From positions 353 through 64,352 of the forward strand of contig QKIQ01000024.1 of the NCBI GenBank assembly GCA_003249555.1: DNA of 64,000 nucleotides, read 5' to 3'. The notes below the pieces were generated by a model. It did not search any database, was not told where the DNA came from, and saw only the letters and a program-made list of their open reading frames with translations. A program made the translations under genes and the position numbers. The stretch's first letter is position 1. Every line of letters starts with the position of its first letter. The stretch comes from Clostridia bacterium (GTDB lineage Bacteria; Bacillota; Clostridia; Christensenellales; SZUA-584). Shown here piece after piece: positions 18,698 to 29,428 of the stretch.

Positions 18698-19618
18698 CTA
18701 GTCGCCGATATTGACTTGCAGATGATAACCGTCTGATACAAAATCCACGTCGCCTAAAATATCGGTGCGCAGCGTATCAATGCCGTATTTGTTAAGCAAG
18801 TCTAGCGTTTCTTCATGCGGATGGCCGTATTTGTTATCAATGCCGCAGCTGATAATCGCATAATCGGGAGTCACGGCTTGAAGAAATGCTTCGGACGTGC
18901 CGGTGGATGAGCCGTGATGAGCGACTTTTAAAACATCGGCATCGATATGGTATCCTGCACCCAAAACCTCGTTTTCCGCCCATTCTTCCGCGTCGCCGGT
19001 AAACAAAAATTCGCTGTCCAGATAATCCAGCAGCAGCATGACACTTTCGTTATTTGCGTCCTTATTGTCGTCTTTATCGGGGGAAACGATGGTGCATGCC
19101 GCACCGCCTAGTTCAAACGATTCGCCCGCATAGGCTTCAATGAGCAAAACATGATGATTTTCTATGCTGTCTCTTAGGTTCTGATATGTCTTGGAGTCGC
19201 TTTGCATATCGGGCATGTATACGCGGCCCACTTCGAATGCGTCAATCATTTCAGTGATGCCGCCGATATGATCGGCATGGGGGTGCGTGGCCACTATCAC
19301 GTCAATCTGAGTGATGCCGCGCTCATCAAGCTCGTCTTTTACCGCCTGTACATTCTTCGCTTCTCCCGCATCGATCAGCATAACGTCGTCTTCGCCGCAG
19401 GTGACAAGAATGCTGTCTCCTTGGCCGACATCGATAAACGTAACATGAAGAGTGCCGTTTGCGGTATGTACAGGCATGATATGATTCGCCTCGGCAGGCG
19501 CACTGTTTGTGATAGCCACATAAAGTACAGCACACAGAACAAAGGCCAAACTGAAAACAAGAACCAATCGATTTATTCTTCTTGCTCTTTTTGTGTTTTG
19601 TGAACGTTCTTGTCTCAT
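18698..19618 (-). CDS. Membrane-anchored ComEC-type MBL-fold metallo-hydrolase (stand-alone)
   Basis: N-terminal TM, VTFIDVGQGDSILV, THPHADHIGG, KVAHHGS. RBS GGAGGAAAC. Confidence 0.85.
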   Translation of the reverse strand: MRQERSQNTKRARRINRLVLVFSLAFVLCAVLYVAITNSAPAEANHIMPVHTANGTLHVTFIDVGQGDSILVTCGEDDVMLIDAGEAKNVQAVKDELDERGITQIDVIVATHPHADHIGGITEMIDAFEVGRVYMPDMQSDSKTYQNLRDSIENHHVLLIEAYAGESFELGGAACTIVSPDKDDNKDANNESVMLLLDYLDSEFLFTGDAEEWAENEVLGAGYHIDADVLKVAHHGSSTGTSEAFLQAVTPDYAIISCGIDNKYGHPHEETLDLLNKYGIDTLRTDILGDVDFVSDGYHLQVNIGD

Positions 19619-19759
19619 CTCTGTTTCCTCCGTTTTCTGCTCGATAAGATTCTAGCGCCCGGAAAACTCGTCTGTCAACACAATGGTGCTGTTTTGTATA
19701 TTCTTTCATCAATCTGCACAAAAAGAGAATACGTATGGCATATAACATGCATAATTGAT

Positions 19760-19788
19760 GTTGTGCTAAAATTTCAAATGCGGTATAA
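19760..19788 (+). promoter_or_regulatory. Candidate sigma-A promoter of ppdK
   Basis: TTGTGC (19760-19765), 17-nt spacer, TATAAT (19783-19788). Confidence 0.5.
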
Positions 19789-19849
19789 TTTTTTGGCTGG
19801 AGTTTGACAAAGGCAAAATGCCTTAAAAAAAGTTGAAGGAGTTGTATTA

Positions 19850-22474
19850 ATGTCAAAAAAGTATGTGTATCTTTTTAGTGAAGGAAATGCCTCGATGAAA
19901 AACCTTCTTGGGGGCAAGGGCGCCAACCTGGCAGAGATGACAGGGCTTGGGCTGCCTGTGCCTCAGGGTTTCACAGTCTCGACAGAAGCGTGTACGCGCT
20001 ACTACGAAGACTGCAAAATGATCGCGGACGATATTATCGGACAGATCAATGAAGGCATGGTTAAGATGGAGGAGATCAACCAGAAGAAGTTTGGTGATCC
20101 TGTCAATCCCCTTTTGGTATCTGTCCGTTCGGGAGCCAGAGCTTCAATGCCCGGCATGATGGACACGATTTTGAACCTCGGTCTTAATGACGTGGCGGTG
20201 GAAGGCCTTGCAAAACTTACGCAGAACGAACGTTTTGCATACGACAGTTACAGACGCTTCATCCAGATGTTTTCAGACGTCGTGATGTGTATTCCCAAGG
20301 CCAAGTTCGAAGAAATTCTGGACTGCGTCAAGGAAGAAAACGATGCCAAGAACGACACCGATCTGACAGCTGAAAATCTGAAGACCGTTGTGCAAAGATA
20401 TAAAGCGTTGTACCTCGTTGAGATGGGAAATGAATTCCCGCAGGAACCCAAAACGCAGCTCATGGAAGCCATTAAAGCTGTTTTCCGCTCGTGGGACAAC
20501 CCCCGCGCTATCGTATACCGCCGCATGAACGACATCCCCGGCGATTGGGGCACAGCCGTTAATGTACAGGCCATGGTGTTCGGCAACATGGGTAACGATT
20601 CGGGAACAGGCGTGGCATTTACACGTAATCCTTCAACAGGCGAGAAAAAGCTTTACGGTGAGTTCCTGATGAACGCACAGGGCGAAGACGTGGTGGCCGG
20701 TATCCGTACTCCCAAGGCAATTTCGGAGCTCAGCGACACCATGCCCAGTGTATATAATCAGTTTGTGACCATCGCGCAGACGCTTGAAGACCACTATCGT
20801 GACATGCAGGATATGGAGTTTACCATCGAAAAGGGCAAGCTTTATATGCTCCAGACAAGAAACGGCAAGCGTACTGCTGCTGCTGCGCTTAAAATTGCCG
20901 TGGATTTGGTGGCGGAGGGCAAGCTGACAAAGGAAGAAGCGTTGCTTAAGGTTGAGCCCAAACAGCTTGACGCTTTGCTGCATCCCACATTTGATCCCAA
21001 GGCTATCAAGAACGCCAAGTCTATCGCAAAAGGTCTTGCGGCATCTCCTGGCGCGGCCTGCGGTAAAATATACTTTACGGCTGAGGAAGCCAAGGAAGCG
21101 GCTGACGCGGGCGAAGCTGTTATTCTTGTCCGTCTTGAGACATCGCCTGAAGATATCGAGGGCATGTACGCTTCTAAGGGAATACTCACGGCCAGAGGCG
21201 GCATGACATCTCATGCGGCAGTTGTTGCCAGGGGCATGGGAACATGCTGTGTATCGGGCTGCGGTGACATCATGATTGTTGAACATGCCAAGACGATGAG
21301 CGTGGACGGCAAGGTGTACCGCGAAGGCGACTACATCTCACTGGACGGCTCTACGGGTCAGGTTTACGGCGAACAGGTCGCGACGCTCGAAGCCGAACTG
21401 ACGGGTGATTTTGGCACCATCATGGAATGGGCTGACGAAGTAAGAACGCTTAAGGTGAGAACAAACGCGGATACACCCAATGATGCGTCTCAGGCCATCC
21501 GTTTCGGTGCGGAAGGTATCGGCCTTTGCCGCACGGAGCATATGTTCTTTGAAGAAGACAGAATTCCCGCTGTGCGTGAGATGATTGTTTCCAAGACAGT
21601 GGAACAGCGCGTACGTGCGCTTAACAAACTGCTGCCCATGCAGAAGAAGGATTTCAAGGGCATTTACGAGGCAATGGGCGAGCTGCCTGTCACTATCCGC
21701 CTGCTGGACCCGCCGCTTCATGAATTCCTGCCCTCGGATGAAGACGATATCAAAAAGCTTGCCAAGGAAATGATTATTCCGGTGGAAGAGCTTATGCTCA
21801 CCATCTCCAATCTGCACGAGTTCAACCCGATGCTGGGTCACAGAGGCTGCCGTCTGGCGGTTACGTATCCGGAAATTGCGGAAATGCAGGCGCGGGCCAT
21901 CATGGAAGCGGCTATCGAAGTGTCGCAGGAAAAGGGCGTCAGCATTAAGCCTGAGATCATGATTCCGCTCGTCGGCGAAATCAAAGAGCTCAAATATGTG
22001 AAGGATGTTGTTGTGAAGACTTGCGAAGAGGTCATCTGCGAAAAAGGCGTGAAGGTTGCCTACATGGTGGGCACCATGATCGAAGTGCCGCGCGCGGCGC
22101 TTACGGCCGACGAAATTGCGGAGGAAGCGGAATTCTTCTCGTTCGGCACCAACGACCTGACACAGATGACATTCGGCTTCTCGCGTGACGACGCGGGCAA
22201 GTTCTTAGACGACTACTATTGCAAGAAAATATACGAATCCGATCCGTTTGCGAAGGTGGATCAAAAGGGCGTCGGCAAGCTCATGAAGATGGCAGCCGAG
22301 CTCGGCAGAAAGACGCGCCCGAACATAAAGCTCGGCATCTGCGGCGAGCACGGCGGCGAGCCCAGCTCGGTCAAGTTCTGCCACGACATCGGCCTGCAGT
22401 ACGTATCCTGTTCACCGTTCCGTGTGCCGATTGCAAGGCTTGCTGCGGCTCACGCGGCGATTCTTGCCAAATAG
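19850..22474 (+). CDS. ppdK: Pyruvate, phosphate dikinase
   Basis: 874 aa. LGGKGANLAEM, phospho-His region GGMTSHAAVVARGMG, C-terminal PEP-utilising GICGEHGG. Confidence 0.97.
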   Translation: MSKKYVYLFSEGNASMKNLLGGKGANLAEMTGLGLPVPQGFTVSTEACTRYYEDCKMIADDIIGQINEGMVKMEEINQKKFGDPVNPLLVSVRSGARASMPGMMDTILNLGLNDVAVEGLAKLTQNERFAYDSYRRFIQMFSDVVMCIPKAKFEEILDCVKEENDAKNDTDLTAENLKTVVQRYKALYLVEMGNEFPQEPKTQLMEAIKAVFRSWDNPRAIVYRRMNDIPGDWGTAVNVQAMVFGNMGNDSGTGVAFTRNPSTGEKKLYGEFLMNAQGEDVVAGIRTPKAISELSDTMPSVYNQFVTIAQTLEDHYRDMQDMEFTIEKGKLYMLQTRNGKRTAAAALKIAVDLVAEGKLTKEEALLKVEPKQLDALLHPTFDPKAIKNAKSIAKGLAASPGAACGKIYFTAEEAKEAADAGEAVILVRLETSPEDIEGMYASKGILTARGGMTSHAAVVARGMGTCCVSGCGDIMIVEHAKTMSVDGKVYREGDYISLDGSTGQVYGEQVATLEAELTGDFGTIMEWADEVRTLKVRTNADTPNDASQAIRFGAEGIGLCRTEHMFFEEDRIPAVREMIVSKTVEQRVRALNKLLPMQKKDFKGIYEAMGELPVTIRLLDPPLHEFLPSDEDDIKKLAKEMIIPVEELMLTISNLHEFNPMLGHRGCRLAVTYPEIAEMQARAIMEAAIEVSQEKGVSIKPEIMIPLVGEIKELKYVKDVVVKTCEEVICEKGVKVAYMVGTMIEVPRAALTADEIAEEAEFFSFGTNDLTQMTFGFSRDDAGKFLDDYYCKKIYESDPFAKVDQKGVGKLMKMAAELGRKTRPNIKLGICGEHGGEPSSVKFCHDIGLQYVSCSPFRVPIARLAAAHAAILAK

Positions 22475-22498
22475 GTGTAACAAGCGCCAAAGCATTTG

Positions 22499-22531
22499 AA
22501 AGGGCGGGGCATATGTTCCGCCCTTTTTTTG
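22499..22531 (+). terminator. Rho-independent terminator after ppdK
   Basis: AGGGCGG/CCGCCCT stem followed by T7. Confidence 0.85.
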
Positions 22532-22634
22532 CTCTTTGTGAACAGACTGCAAACAATGAGGTGTTAAGATGCCTCTTGTCGAAAATTTGTCCGCCTTCGG
22601 CAGGACTTTTTCAATATTTGTATAAATAATATGT

Positions 22635-23642
22635 ATGGATATGAACGGTTTGTCTTTTCGCGAAATCAGCGAGCAAAACGAGATAAAGCGGCTGTCGCCG
22701 TATGCGGCCAAAGCGGCGAAGTCTAAGGGGCGTGAGCATCCCTTAACACCCTGCCCGCTGCGCACGGCTTTTCAGCGCGACCGCGACAGGATTATCCACT
22801 GCAAATCTTTCCGGCGATTGAAGCACAAAACGCAGGTGTTTCTCTCGCCCGAAGGCGATCACTATCGCACGCGCCTCACACACACGCTTGAGGTCTCACA
22901 GATTGCAAGGACGATTTCGCGTTGTCTCGAAATCAATGAGGATTTAACGGAAGCCATTGCGCTGGGGCATGATCTTGGACACACGCCGTTTGGTCACGCG
23001 GGAGAACGCGTGCTGCAAAAGCTCACGGGTCGCTTCAAACACAACGAACAGAGCCTTCGTGTGGTGGAGCTTCTCGAAAACGGAACGGGGCTAAACTTGA
23101 CATACGAGGTTAGAGACGGTATACTCAACCACCGCAAATCCAACACACCCAATACCTTAGAAGGCATGGTTGTCAATTTTGCGGACAGGATCGCATATAT
23201 AAACCATGACATCGACGATGCTCTGCGTGCGGGCGTGATAAACAGTATTCCCAAAGAGTGTGAGGAAGGGCTGGGGCACACGCACGGAGAACGTATCAAC
23301 ACCATGATTACGGACATTGTGTTTAGCAGCGTGGGGAAACCGCAGATATTTATGTCTGACGGTGTTGCGGATTATACCGAAAAGCTGCGGCAGTATATGT
23401 TCGACCATGTGTATTTGGGTTCGGTCGCAAAGACAGAAGAAATCAAGGCAGAAAAGATGCTGGAAATGCTTTTTGAACTGTTCATGAAAAAACCCGGCAT
23501 GATGGGTGAAGACGCAGCGCGGCGCGTGGAGGCTTACGGTCTTCAAACCACGGTCGCTGACTATATTGCCGGTATGACCGACCGATACGCGGTGGCGCTG
23601 TTCAGGGAAATCTATATACCGAAAGGCTGGTATAAGTATTAG
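22635..23642 (+). CDS. dGTP triphosphohydrolase-like HD-domain protein
   Basis: FQRDRDRIIHCKSFRRL, RLTHTLEVSQIAR, LGHDLGHTPFGHAGE. Confidence 0.9.
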   Translation: MDMNGLSFREISEQNEIKRLSPYAAKAAKSKGREHPLTPCPLRTAFQRDRDRIIHCKSFRRLKHKTQVFLSPEGDHYRTRLTHTLEVSQIARTISRCLEINEDLTEAIALGHDLGHTPFGHAGERVLQKLTGRFKHNEQSLRVVELLENGTGLNLTYEVRDGILNHRKSNTPNTLEGMVVNFADRIAYINHDIDDALRAGVINSIPKECEEGLGHTHGERINTMITDIVFSSVGKPQIFMSDGVADYTEKLRQYMFDHVYLGSVAKTEEIKAEKMLEMLFELFMKKPGMMGEDAARRVEAYGLQTTVADYIAGMTDRYAVALFREIYIPKGWYKY

Positions 23643-25399
23643 TGGCAAGATTCAGCGATGTCTGGTTGTCTGAGCTGTACACAAAAAGCGACATCGTGGA
23701 CGTCATTTCCGAATACACGACGCTTAACGAACGCGGCGGTAACTATTGGGGATTGTGTCCGTTCCACCATGAAAAAACGCCGTCTTTTTCCGTGAACCGT
23801 GAAAAACAGCTTTATTACTGCTTTGGCTGCAAACAGGGCGGGAACGTGGCCAATTTCATCATGAAAATAGAAAATCTGACTTTTGGTGAATCGGTGGAAT
23901 TGCTGGCACGGCGCTGCGGTCTGCCAATGCCGCAGATGATCGATGATAAGCAGTATCGGCAAGTCAAGGAAAAAAAGCAGCAGATTGCCGCAATGCACAA
24001 GCTGGCCGCAAGGTTTTATCACGATACGCTGATGGCACCGGAGGGAAAAACGGCACTGGGTTATTTGAAAAGGCGCGGTATCGGTGAGGACGCTATCAAA
24101 CGTTTTGGCCTTGGCTATTCGCCGGATAAGTGGGATAGCGTGGCGTCATTGCTTGCAAAAAACGGTTATTCTGCCGCGCAGATTAACGAAAGCGGCCTTG
24201 TGACGGCAAAGAACGATAAGGTGTTTGACACGTTCCGCAACCGCGTAATGTTTCCTATCATCAATGTGTTCGGCGAGGTTATCGCTTTTGGTGGTCGTGT
24301 GCTGGACGACTCTACCCCCAAATATCTGAATACGAGGGAAACCACGCTTTTTAACAAACGGCGCAACTTATATGGAATCGACCTGCTTCGTCGGCAGCGC
24401 AGCATCAAAAGCGCTGTGATCGTTGAAGGGTATATGGATGTGGTCTCCATGTACGCCCATGGCGTTAAATCTGTGGTGGCGTCGCTGGGTACCGCGCTTA
24501 CAAAGGAGCAAGCCGTATTACTGAAACGCTATACAAACGATGTGTTTATCGCGTATGACGGAGATGAGGCGGGCGAGATCGCGACGGGCAAAGCGATGGA
24601 CATACTCGAAGCGGAAGGCCTGAGTGTGCGCGTGATCCGTTTTGACGAAGGGCTCGACCCGGACGACTTTATCCGCAAATTCGGCATGGCCGGTTTTGCC
24701 AAAAAAGTGAAAGCGGCACCAACGACCATTGGCTACCGGCTGGAAATGAAAAAGCATGAGTTTCTGCTGGATACAGAGGACGGCCGCGAGGGATATGCCA
24801 TTGAGGCGGCGAAGGTTATCGCGCGTATCGATAGCCCGATACGGCGCGAGAGATACGCCGAGTCGGTTGCGGATCAGACGGGATACAGCGTTGCTTCGAT
24901 TTTAAGCCAAATGCATAAGAAGAATTCAAATGAGAATACTAATGCCAATTATAGGTATAATAAGACTGAAAAAACCGCTGCAGACGGATCTCAAAGCGCG
25001 TTTCTAGCCTGCGCAATGGCGGACGTCAGGCGTTTTGCAGACGTTGCGGATGATATCAGTGCGGAAGAATTCCCGCTTAAATCGCATAAAAATTTATTTT
25101 CTGCGTTATATGACAGCGTAAAAAGAGGAATTCAGCCTACAAATGCCGAACTATTATCGCAGCTTGAGGACGAAGCGGATCGAAATGAAGCAGCGAGGCT
25201 TATGGGTATAAAGGCCGCGGTCGATAATCCACTGGTTTTTCTAAAAGACTGCATTGAAAAAATGCGCGTTGAAAGGCGTGAGAGAGAGAGAGAGGCGCTC
25301 AAAGAAGCGCTGCGAGGCGCACCGGTGGACGAACAGCGTAAACTGCTTGCCGAAATCGGTGAGATAGATAAAGAATTGAACCAAAAAAGGTTTGAGTGA
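23642..25399 (+). CDS. dnaG: DNA primase
   Basis: Zinc finger CPFHHEKTPSFSV..YYCFGC and TOPRIM EGYMDV...YDGDEAG. The GTG start overlaps the upstream stop. Confidence 0.95.
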   Translation: MARFSDVWLSELYTKSDIVDVISEYTTLNERGGNYWGLCPFHHEKTPSFSVNREKQLYYCFGCKQGGNVANFIMKIENLTFGESVELLARRCGLPMPQMIDDKQYRQVKEKKQQIAAMHKLAARFYHDTLMAPEGKTALGYLKRRGIGEDAIKRFGLGYSPDKWDSVASLLAKNGYSAAQINESGLVTAKNDKVFDTFRNRVMFPIINVFGEVIAFGGRVLDDSTPKYLNTRETTLFNKRRNLYGIDLLRRQRSIKSAVIVEGYMDVVSMYAHGVKSVVASLGTALTKEQAVLLKRYTNDVFIAYDGDEAGEIATGKAMDILEAEGLSVRVIRFDEGLDPDDFIRKFGMAGFAKKVKAAPTTIGYRLEMKKHEFLLDTEDGREGYAIEAAKVIARIDSPIRRERYAESVADQTGYSVASILSQMHKKNSNENTNANYRYNKTEKTAADGSQSAFLACAMADVRRFADVADDISAEEFPLKSHKNLFSALYDSVKRGIQPTNAELLSQLEDEADRNEAARLMGIKAAVDNPLVFLKDCIEKMRVERREREREALKEALRGAPVDEQRKLLAEIGEIDKELNQKRFE

Positions 25400-25415
25400 A
25401 TAGGGTGATTGTATT

Positions 25416-26696
25416 TTGAACAAAAAAACGACGGCGAAGCCGAAAGTGACGGGTAAACCCGCCGTTAAGAGCGAACCGTCCAAGTCTGCTCAGCAGACGT
25501 GTAAACCGGAGACAAAACAGAAAACAGCCGTCAAAGATGAACGGCCTGCAAAAAAGAATAAGGCTGACATCACGTTGTCCAAAGAGAATCTGGCCAGACT
25601 ACAGGCTCTGAGTGTTATTTCTCAAACGGACAAAGAAGAAAAGCTCAAAGACATTATTGAATCAGGCAAAAAGAAGGGCGTGCTGACATACAAGGAAATC
25701 AACGATGCCTTGGACGGTGCGGAGATCGACGCAGAGAATCTCGATAAGCTTTTGGGTGCGCTCGAAGAGATGAAGATCGATGTGATCGACGCCGAGCTTG
25801 AAAAAGATGTTTCGGATGACGACGAGGATACGGATTCAGATATTGATCTCTCGGTGCCCGAAGGTATCAGCATTGACGATCCCGTCAGAATGTACTTAAA
25901 GGAAATCGGCAAGGTGAACCTTTTGTCTGCAGACGAAGAGGTAGATCTTGCTAAACGCATGGCTCAGGGAGACGATGAGGCAAAGCGTAAGCTTGCCGAA
26001 GCGAATCTGCGCCTTGTGGTCAGTATTGCCAAACGCTATGTGGGGCGGGGTATGCTGTTCCTCGATCTGATTCAGGAGGGAAATCTCGGGCTGATAAAGG
26101 CCGTTGAAAAGTTTGATTATACCAAGGGATATAAGTTTTCGACTTATGCCACGTGGTGGATACGTCAGGCGATTACGCGCGCCATCGCAGACCAGGCGCG
26201 TACTATCCGTATTCCGGTGCATATGGTGGAGACCATCAACAAGCTGATTCGCGTATCGCGGCAGCTGCTTCAGCAATACGGGCGCGATCCGCTGCCCGAA
26301 GAGGTGGCGCGCGAAATGGACATCAGCGAAGACAAGGTCAGAGAAATCATCAAGATTGCTCAGGAACCTGTGTCTCTGGAGACGCCGATCGGCGAAGAGG
26401 AAGACAGCCATCTTGGCGACTTTATCCCCGACGATGACGCTCCCGCGCCTGCGGAGGCGGCTGCATTTACGTTGCTAAAAGAACAACTCATGGATGTGCT
26501 CGATACACTGACGCCACGTGAGGAAAAGGTGCTGCGTTTGCGTTTCGGTCTGGACGACGGACGCGCGCGTACGCTCGAGGAGGTCGGCAAGGAGTTCATG
26601 GTGACAAGAGAGCGCATTCGCCAGATTGAGGCCAAAGCACTAAGAAAGCTTCGCCATCCAAGCCGCAGCAAAAAGCTGAGAGATTTCTTGGATTAA
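25416..26696 (+). CDS. sigA: Primary RNA polymerase sigma factor (sigma-70/SigA)
   Basis: Regions 1.2-4.2: [62 protein letters not shown] start. Confidence 0.95.
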   Translation: MNKKTTAKPKVTGKPAVKSEPSKSAQQTCKPETKQKTAVKDERPAKKNKADITLSKENLARLQALSVISQTDKEEKLKDIIESGKKKGVLTYKEINDALDGAEIDAENLDKLLGALEEMKIDVIDAELEKDVSDDDEDTDSDIDLSVPEGISIDDPVRMYLKEIGKVNLLSADEEVDLAKRMAQGDDEAKRKLAEANLRLVVSIAKRYVGRGMLFLDLIQEGNLGLIKAVEKFDYTKGYKFSTYATWWIRQAITRAIADQARTIRIPVHMVETINKLIRVSRQLLQQYGRDPLPEEVAREMDISEDKVREIIKIAQEPVSLETPIGEEEDSHLGDFIPDDDAPAPAEAAAFTLLKEQLMDVLDTLTPREEKVLRLRFGLDDGRARTLEEVGKEFMVTRERIRQIEAKALRKLRHPSRSKKLRDFLD

Positions 26697-26720
26697 CGCT
26701 GATCCACAATAACATGTCAA

Positions 26721-26752
26721 AAAACGAGGCAGCCGGGGGCTGCCTCTGTTGT
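26721..26752 (+). terminator. Hairpin after sigA (weak U-tract)
   Basis: GAGGCAGCC/GGCTGCCTC 9-bp stem followed by TGTTGTG. Confidence 0.45.
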
Positions 26753-26769
26753 GCATAAGGGGGGGAACT

Positions 26770-27450
26770 ATGCTGTCTTTCAGGCTTAAGGCCATCGTAT
26801 CGATGGTGCCCGAATCGGAAACAGTGGCGGATATCGGCTGCGATCACGGAAAAGTTGCCGTATGGCTGCTGAAAAACGGAAGGGCAAAGTATGCGATCTG
26901 CGGAGACTTAAGCGGACGCTCGCTGGACAAGGCGAGGAAGCTTGCACGGTCTAAAGGGCTTTGTGATGCCGTGTCGCTTCGGGAGGGAAGCGGCTTTGAT
27001 GTCCTGGAAATGGGTGAGGCTCAGACTGCAGTTGTTGCAGGTATGGGCGGAGAGCTTATCGCGTCGATTCTTGAAAAAGGAAAGAACAAGCTGCCCGAAA
27101 CGCTTGTGCTGTCTTGCAACAAGGGCTCCGGTTTGATGAGAAAGTGGCTCAGCGAAAACGGGTTTGCCATAGAGGACGAAGATTTGGTGCTGGAGAACCG
27201 GCATTATTATCCTGTTATCCGCGCGCGGCGCGGTGATAGCAAACCGCTTAACGATATGGAACTGGAATTTGGTCCTGTGATGCTGCAAAAGAAAACAAAA
27301 CTGCTAAAATATTATGTGAACCACCGCATCGACCAGACAAAGACAATACGCGCCAAACTGCAAAAAACGAAAGCAGAGAGGAAAGAAAAGCTGATTGATG
27401 AAATAGACGAGAGACTAAATGCGTATGCGAAGGTGTTAAAATGTCTGTAG
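26770..27450 (+). CDS. trmK: tRNA (adenine22-N1)-methyltransferase
   Basis: VADIGCDHGK SAM motif and the conserved sigA/trmK/nif3 synteny. Start ATG behind GGGGGGA. Confidence 0.8.
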   Translation: MLSFRLKAIVSMVPESETVADIGCDHGKVAVWLLKNGRAKYAICGDLSGRSLDKARKLARSKGLCDAVSLREGSGFDVLEMGEAQTAVVAGMGGELIASILEKGKNKLPETLVLSCNKGSGLMRKWLSENGFAIEDEDLVLENRHYYPVIRARRGDSKPLNDMELEFGPVMLQKKTKLLKYYVNHRIDQTKTIRAKLQKTKAERKEKLIDEIDERLNAYAKVLKCL

Positions 27451-28229
27451 CGACGGATGAATTTGTCCGTATTGTGGAGCATATTGCGCCGCGTGAGCTC
27501 GCTTACGACTGGGACAATTCTGGTCTGCTGCTGCGTTGCGGCGATACGGTGAGCCGCGTGCTTATCGCGCTGGATGCAACGCCATTCGTTGCAGAGGAGG
27601 CGAAGCGCAGAGGCTGTGATATGATATTTGTGCATCATCCGTTGCTTTTTTCTCCTGTCAAGTCACTTAACTGTCATAAACCGCAGGACGCTGTGCTCAT
27701 GAAGCTCATACGCGCGGGCATATCGCTATACGCCGCGCACACCACGTTCGACCGTGCAAACGGCGGCATCAACGATGTGCTTGCAAAGAATCTTGGTTTA
27801 CGTGATGTTATCGTGACGCCGGACGCTGGCGAGATGCTGATGCGCGTCGGGAACTTGCCGGAGGCTATGGAGAAAAATGTGTTATTTGCTCGTGTTAAGG
27901 ATTCGCTTGGCGTGGAATCATTACGCGTATCTCAAACAGAGTGCGGTAAGATAACGCGTGTGGCAGTCGCGGGCGGAAGCGGCGGTGATTTCGTGGCGGC
28001 GGCAAAAATGCAAGGTGCGCACGCGCTGGTAACAGGTGAAGTGAAGCACCATCATTTTCTTGAGGCGGCGGCTTACGGTATCGTGCTTATCGAAGCGGGG
28101 CATTATGATACGGAATGCGCGTTCGTCGATGCGATATATATGAGTTTACAATCACGCTTAAATGAGTTACAATTAACGTTAGGTCTTAAAAAGACTGAGA
28201 ATGAAAAGGCACCATACGTATTTGAATGA
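27441..28229 (+). CDS. Nif3-like dinuclear metal centre protein (GTP cyclohydrolase 1 type 2 family)
   Basis: DNSGLL, VHHPLLF, GHYDTE motifs. Confidence 0.85.
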   Translation: MSVATDEFVRIVEHIAPRELAYDWDNSGLLLRCGDTVSRVLIALDATPFVAEEAKRRGCDMIFVHHPLLFSPVKSLNCHKPQDAVLMKLIRAGISLYAAHTTFDRANGGINDVLAKNLGLRDVIVTPDAGEMLMRVGNLPEAMEKNVLFARVKDSLGVESLRVSQTECGKITRVAVAGGSGGDFVAAAKMQGAHALVTGEVKHHHFLEAAAYGIVLIEAGHYDTECAFVDAIYMSLQSRLNELQLTLGLKKTENEKAPYVFE

Positions 28230-28232
28230 TGA

Positions 28233-28982
28233 ATGCGTGAAGTAGGGAGGATCGTATATTTGGATAAGCTGGCATTACTATATGAGTACCAGCAGGCAGA
28301 TGCCGAGCTCGAGGCTTATGAGAAGAAACTGAAAAGTACGCCGACAAGGAAGCAGCTGATCAAACTGCAGAACTATCTGAAAAAGCAGCAAGCTGTGCTT
28401 CGTGATATGGAAAACAAGGCACTGGTCGAGCAGAACGCGCTTTCTGAAATAGATTCGCAGTATGAACGAATGATTGAGCTTTTAAACAAAAAGCACAAAA
28501 ACATCGGTGAGTATGAGAAGATGGATCCGGAAGAGCTCGATTATAACGTTGTGCGCGACCTCGTTCACGAATATGAGGTCACTTATGAAAATATCGTTAA
28601 GCAAAAAAGCCGCGCGGTCGCTGTACAGAAAAAAGCAGATGAGACGCAAGCGCGCCTGAATGATATTCTTGTACACGTGAGCAAGGCACAAAAGGATTTT
28701 GCCGCGCTGAAAAAACAGCATGAGGAAGAACTGCGTGCGGGTGCGGATACGCTGGATAAGCTGAGAAAGGCTGCCGAACTGGCCGCATCCAAAGTGGAGC
28801 CGGCGCTGCTTGAACGCTACAACCGCATCAAGCAAAACAAACCCATGCCTGTGACGTTCTTAAAGGAAGGCCGCTGTACAGGCTGTAACATGGAACTTCC
28901 TTCAAGAGATCTCGCAAAATTAAAGAAAGACGGTGCAATTGTTGAATGTGAGAATTGCGGCCGCATACTTTATCTGATATAA
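28233..28982 (+). CDS. Coiled-coil protein with C-terminal C4 zinc ribbon (DUF164-type)
   Basis: Long coiled coil, then CTGCNM...CENCGRIL. The start is uncertain: ATG at 28233 or TTG at 28260 behind GGGAGGA. Confidence 0.75.
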   Translation: MREVGRIVYLDKLALLYEYQQADAELEAYEKKLKSTPTRKQLIKLQNYLKKQQAVLRDMENKALVEQNALSEIDSQYERMIELLNKKHKNIGEYEKMDPEELDYNVVRDLVHEYEVTYENIVKQKSRAVAVQKKADETQARLNDILVHVSKAQKDFAALKKQHEEELRAGADTLDKLRKAAELAASKVEPALLERYNRIKQNKPMPVTFLKEGRCTGCNMELPSRDLAKLKKDGAIVECENCGRILYLI

Positions 28983-28990
28983 TAGAATTT

Positions 28991-29325
28991 GAGCAAGCCG
29001 AACGGTCGCCCGTCACGAGAGTGATGGGAGGAAAGTCCGAGCTCCGCAGGGCAGGACGCCGGGTAACTCCCGGTGGAGGCGACTCTAAGGAAAGTGCAAC
29101 AGAGATAAACCGCCAGAATTATTCTGGCAAGGGTGGAAAGGTGAGGTAAGAGCTCACCAGAGCCTTGGCGACTTGGCTGCTATGTAAACCCCGTCCGGTG
29201 CAAGATTGATAGTGGGCATGAAAGCGGTTGCCCGCCGCGCCCCATGTAATCGCAGGAGCCTGCTGGCAACTGCAGGCGTAGATAGATGGCCGTTCTCGAC
29301 AGAACTCGGCTTACAGGCTTGTCTC
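28991..29325 (+). ncRNA. rnpB: RNase P RNA (bacterial, class-A-like)
   Basis: P1 pairing GAGCAAGCC / GGCTTGTCTC, P4 strands GGAGGAAAGTCCGAGC and ACAGAACTCGGCTTACAG, GGTAAGAGCTCACCAG. Usual position after the zinc-ribbon gene. Confidence 0.9.
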
Positions 29326-29338
29326 AACAACTTGATTT

Positions 29339-29369
29339 AAAAAGAAGCTTTAAACGGCTTCTTTTTTTG
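29339..29369 (+). terminator. Rho-independent terminator after rnpB
   Basis: AAAGAAGC/GCTTCTTT stem followed by T7. Confidence 0.8.
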
Positions 29370-29428
29370 TATTTATCGATTGCCGCAAGACAATAATAGA
29401 TTTAAGAATCATATGCAACGGAGGGTCT

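Noticed and set aside
22219-22629. 136-aa + strand ORF overlapping the 3' end of ppdK and its terminator
   Set aside because: It is an out-of-frame overlap with a highly conserved gene, it runs through the terminator hairpin, and it is rich in Arg and Ala.
28955-29149. 64-aa + strand ORF overlapping rnpB
   Set aside because: It lies within the RNase P RNA, whose conserved P1 and P4 elements explain the sequence. There is no RBS.
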